Positions 20,775-24,000 of a stretch of DNA of 24,000 bases are shown here, piece after piece (the first letter of the stretch is position 1; each line of letters starts with the position of its first letter). The position numbers and the translations under genes were made by a program. Origin of the DNA: Fidelibacterota bacterium (GTDB lineage Bacteria; Fidelibacterota; Fidelibacteria; Fidelibacterales; Fidelibacteraceae); assembly GCA_028699915.1 (NCBI GenBank), contig JAQVTR010000023.1, positions 2,456-26,455 on the forward strand, in the 5' to 3' direction. Under the pieces are notes generated by a model. The model was not told where the DNA came from and did no database searches. It saw only the letters and a program-made list of their open reading frames with translations.

Positions 20775-23047
20775 TTTATTCTCCTTTTTTCTAAGAATGC
20801 GGGTTTCCAGACCATGCACATGGCCGGTACAAGCACCAGGGCGGCGATCAGGCACACGCTGATCGAAATAATGACCAGGAATCCGAAATACTGGATCGGG
20901 CGGAAGGCAGAAAAGATCAGAGCTGCAAAGCCCACGATGACCGACCAGGCATTCAGGACGATCCCTTTCCCGGAACCGAGCAGGGTATTGCGGACCGCTT
21001 CTTCCGGCGTTTTTCCGCTGAGTTGTTCGCTGCGGTATCTCCATAAGAAATGAATCGTATAATCCACGCCGATACCGATCATCAGCGATGAGAGCAGTGC
21101 GGTTGCGGCATCCAGACGGACACCGGCGTAGCCCATAATGCCAAAGAGGATGAGCTCAGCCAGCAGAAGGGGAAGCGAAGCAAAAAATCCGGCGCTGAAC
21201 GAGCGGAAAACGATCATAATGATAAGCGCAATTGTAATAAAGGCAAAAACAAGCGATTTGACCTGCCCGTTCACGATGGACAGATTCATATCCGATGTGA
21301 TCAGCGCATGTCCGCCAAGCATTGCAACGGCAGTATCGTTTTGTGTGAGCTCTTCAATAGAGCGAACCACACCCCGGATGATATATCCATCCGCCTTATT
21401 GATACGGACGATCATCTGCGCATGACGGTAATCAAAATCAATGAGCTGTTCAAAATCATCCGGATCGCCATTCATGTAATACAATTCGAGATATTGCGCA
21501 GCCGCATCCCGGCTTGACGGGATCTTGTTATACAAGCTGTCGCCGGGATCGTACAATCCCCGGGATATTTCGCGGATTGCGGAAACGATCGAGGTCACGT
21601 CGCCGACATCGGCATGCTGCAATAATGTTTTTTCGTATTCATGCATACGTCCCAGAATTACCGGATCGAGGATATCACCCTCAAAAAATACGGACAGATT
21701 CTGCGAACCGCCGAAGTGTTCATTGATGATCGCCGAGCTTATCTTCACCGGATGGGTTTTCCGGAAGAAATTCTCCACATTTCCGTCGATCTTCAGCATA
21801 AAAATACCGCTGCCGAGCCCACATGCCAGGATCAGAGAAACAAGAATGATCTTTTTCGGATTGCGGACCAGATGGCCGGCGAGATAATGCAAAAGACGTT
21901 CCAGCAAAGGGATGCGTTCTTTACCGTTACGGTAGCTTTTCTTTTTTGCTTTTACCGGCAGATACGAGAGAATGGCCGGAATAAAAAAGAGGCTCAGCAA
22001 AACCGCCCAGACAATGCCGATCGATGTCAAAATACCAAGCTGCCGGGCATGGACGATAATATGCAGCATCAGGCCGAGGATACCGAAGATCGTAGTAATG
22101 CCGGTGACCAGGATCGGGCGCTTTAAATATTGAAAAGCACCCAGCGCCAGGCCTTTGTTGTTCCAGTCCGGATGCCGGTCGCGGAGCTCATGATATTTTG
22201 CGATCAGGTGAATGCCGTAATCGTTCGCGACGGCGATCAAAATGACCGGCATCAGGATCGTTACGATGGATATTTTCCAGCCGAGCAGGGGCATGAGTCC
22301 GAAAGAAATGATGATGGACATTAAAACGGCAGAGAAAGGAAGGATAACGCCGCGCAATTCCCTGAAAGAAAAATACAGCATCAGGGTCATCAGCAGAAAT
22401 CCGATCGGCAGCAGATAGATCACGTCCCTGGAAATGTCACGGATGATCAGCGCGTTAACCACGGGAAGACCGCCCCTATGAATATGCTCGCTCCCCGGAA
22501 TTTCTTCCAGAATATTGTCGATCGTTTCTATAAGTTCGTTCTCTTCGTTTCCGGGTCGCACCGTCAGCAGGATAGCGGTTTTTCTGAGGTCTTCCGATAA
22601 TACCGTTCCCTTTACAAAAGGATTGTTCAGCAGTTCTTTACGAAGGATATCCAATTCTTCATCGCTGTCGGGTATATGCGGCGGTACCGCCGGATCCACG
22701 ACCATCATTCCCGCTTCGTTCCGGATATGTTTCAAGGTGAACAGCGAGGTAACGCGGTCCAGCTCCGGACGGCGCTCAAAAGCCCGTGTCAGTTCCCTGA
22801 CACGATGCAGGGTCTCCCGACCAAGCTCATCGTCACTTTCCAGAACGATCACGATCAGCTTATTGCTGCCGAATACCTTTTCGATGCGGCTTGTCTGCAC
22901 GCGCGAGGGCATATCCGCGGGGATCAGGTCGTTAATGTCTCCTTCGATCTGCAGCCGGGTCAGTCCGAAAACAAACAACAATGTAAGCAGAGGAAAGATC
23001 AGGATGATCGCCAATCTGTACTTTCGGATAAATTGTTCGCTACGCAT
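20771..23047 (-). CDS. MMPL/RND-superfamily exporter (COG1033-type, 12 TM, two large periplasmic loops)
   Basis: 758 aa with a duplicated architecture: TM1, a ~190-aa loop, then 5 TM (VIYLLPIGFLLMTLMLYFSF...), repeated from about aa 395 (KKIILVSLILACGLGSGIF...). Typical motifs include GGLPVVNALI, ANDYGIHL and GVDYTIHFLWRY. Confidence 0.85.
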   Translation of the reverse strand: MRSEQFIRKYRLAIILIFPLLTLLFVFGLTRLQIEGDINDLIPADMPSRVQTSRIEKVFGSNKLIVIVLESDDELGRETLHRVRELTRAFERRPELDRVTSLFTLKHIRNEAGMMVVDPAVPPHIPDSDEELDILRKELLNNPFVKGTVLSEDLRKTAILLTVRPGNEENELIETIDNILEEIPGSEHIHRGGLPVVNALIIRDISRDVIYLLPIGFLLMTLMLYFSFRELRGVILPFSAVLMSIIISFGLMPLLGWKISIVTILMPVILIAVANDYGIHLIAKYHELRDRHPDWNNKGLALGAFQYLKRPILVTGITTIFGILGLMLHIIVHARQLGILTSIGIVWAVLLSLFFIPAILSYLPVKAKKKSYRNGKERIPLLERLLHYLAGHLVRNPKKIILVSLILACGLGSGIFMLKIDGNVENFFRKTHPVKISSAIINEHFGGSQNLSVFFEGDILDPVILGRMHEYEKTLLQHADVGDVTSIVSAIREISRGLYDPGDSLYNKIPSSRDAAAQYLELYYMNGDPDDFEQLIDFDYRHAQMIVRINKADGYIIRGVVRSIEELTQNDTAVAMLGGHALITSDMNLSIVNGQVKSLVFAFITIALIIMIVFRSFSAGFFASLPLLLAELILFGIMGYAGVRLDAATALLSSLMIGIGVDYTIHFLWRYRSEQLSGKTPEEAVRNTLLGSGKGIVLNAWSVIVGFAALIFSAFRPIQYFGFLVIISISVCLIAALVLVPAMCMVWKPAFLEKRRIK

Positions 23048-23058
23048 GTGAATATCCT

Positions 23059-24000
23059 TTAAAAAACAAGTTTAAGTTCAGCAAAAATACCGTTATATAA
23101 ATGACCGGTGAGATCAAAAAGCGTGTTTTTATCACCCTTATAGAATCCGGCGCCCAGGCGCAGGCTGAGTGCATCGGCCAGTTCCAGACGGATAAGCGGC
23201 TGGAATACATATTCATTTGTCGTTAAATAGTACATAAAGGGAAATTCAATCTCAAAGGTATCATGAAAAAGGGAAAGCGATACACGGAAAAACATTTGAT
23301 GCTGGATCTTTTCACTCTGACGGAACAGGAGCCGGTTATACATTGCCAGCTGATGATTAATGATCTCCCCGGGGTTCTGCGGCGCCTGCGCTTCCCGATA
23401 ATCGGGGACATATTTTCCGTTGTACTCTGCAAGAAAACGTAAAGCACCCAGGGAACGGTCCACACCGAGTGTCCACTGTGCTTCGCTCAGCGGTATATGT
23501 TCTTCCTCCGCTGATGAATCCGGCAGCATCAGGGATGTTTCGAAACGGAAGCTCCAGGGACCCGCATTGAAAGCGGCATCAAAGGCAAAAAGCTGCCGGC
23601 GCCAGGGTAACTGGTAAAACATGTAAAAAGGACCTGTCAGCGGATCGAGGTGTATTTCCGCCGAGAAAGCGGGCTGGAGTCCGAAAGCGTTAAGATAGGA
23701 AAAAGCCGCATCATATTCCCCGGTGTAAAGATCCAGGCGCAGTCCGGCGCCGCTGTTCGCAAAAGTTCTTGCAGGCGCACGCATCCCGTCGTAAAAAATA
23801 TTTTCCGGCAGATCGAACATACTGAGCGGCACTTCGTTTGCGCGATAGACCGGAATCCAAAGTCCCTGCAGATGGACAGGTGCTCCGAAGCGGATCTCTG
23901 TATTCAGCAAAAAATTCGCAAGGCACATATCTTCAGGGTCGATAAAGGCGCGCCGCAGGTCCTTTGCCGTGATCTGGTCCGCAGAGGAAAAGGCATCGGT
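23059..24000 (-). CDS. Putative outer-membrane beta-barrel protein, 5'-truncated by the window edge
   Basis: The frame stays open upstream of the first Met (23928) to position 24000 in my translation: ...PMPFSSADQITAKDLRRAFIDPEDMCLANF. It shows alternating hydrophobic/polar strands rich in Y/F/G and ends ...GIFAELKLVF with a terminal Phe, the usual OMP C-terminal signature. Its stop lies 11 nt upstream of the MMPL start. Confidence 0.5.
   Translation of the reverse strand, partial: TDAFSSADQITAKDLRRAFIDPEDMCLANFLLNTEIRFGAPVHLQGLWIPVYRANEVPLSMFDLPENIFYDGMRAPARTFANSGAGLRLDLYTGEYDAAFSYLNAFGLQPAFSAEIHLDPLTGPFYMFYQLPWRRQLFAFDAAFNAGPWSFRFETSLMLPDSSAEEEHIPLSEAQWTLGVDRSLGALRFLAEYNGKYVPDYREAQAPQNPGEIINHQLAMYNRLLFRQSEKIQHQMFFRVSLSLFHDTFEIEFPFMYYLTTNEYVFQPLIRLELADALSLRLGAGFYKGDKNTLFDLTGHLYNGIFAELKLVF

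Overview
This 24-kb segment is roughly 50-55 % GC by hand counts. It looks like the chromosome of an anaerobic diderm bacterium: it has an O2-independent class II RNR, Fe-S ATPases, an outer-membrane beta-barrel and a LolA-like gene, and many genes have AGGAG-type SDs. Order, left to right: (1) the 5' part of a penicillin-acylase-family gene and rho, both on the minus strand; (2) an AT-rich divergent region with a sigma70-like promoter overlapped by tandem NrdR-type boxes; (3) a split class II ribonucleotide reductase (nrdJ core plus a separately encoded C-terminal domain with Zn-ribbon); (4) a 136-bp x 2.1 tandem repeat; (5) a LysE-family exporter; (6) an orphan promoter-hairpin-terminator unit; (7) a COG1579 coiled-coil/Zn-ribbon gene followed within 4 nt by RNase P RNA (rnpB), then recJ; (8) a PgpH-like 7TM-HD gene, ybeY, a CNNM/CBS (CorC/TlyC-type) gene and mazG. 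The accessory-looking part follows. A low-GC Y1/HUH (IS200/RAYT-type) transposase gene sits between two same-orientation arrays of a 14-bp repeat with palindromic core TTGA(C/G)TCAA, followed by a C9 tract. Directly after that is a six-gene operon (DUF134 HTH protein, DUF5320 protein, two ferredoxin-inserted MinD-type ATPases, two NifX-like proteins) fronted by a 24-bp perfect palindrome. I rate this operon the best candidate for an undescribed system: a nitrogenase-independent metallocluster assembly or delivery module with its own regulator. The window ends with an antisense tRNA-Glu(UUC), an M28 peptidase and a minus-strand OMP / MMPL-RND / LolA-like envelope-export operon. All calls come from reading the sequence and the ORF translations; no database search or folding program was available, so family names are recognitions from motifs, not search results.
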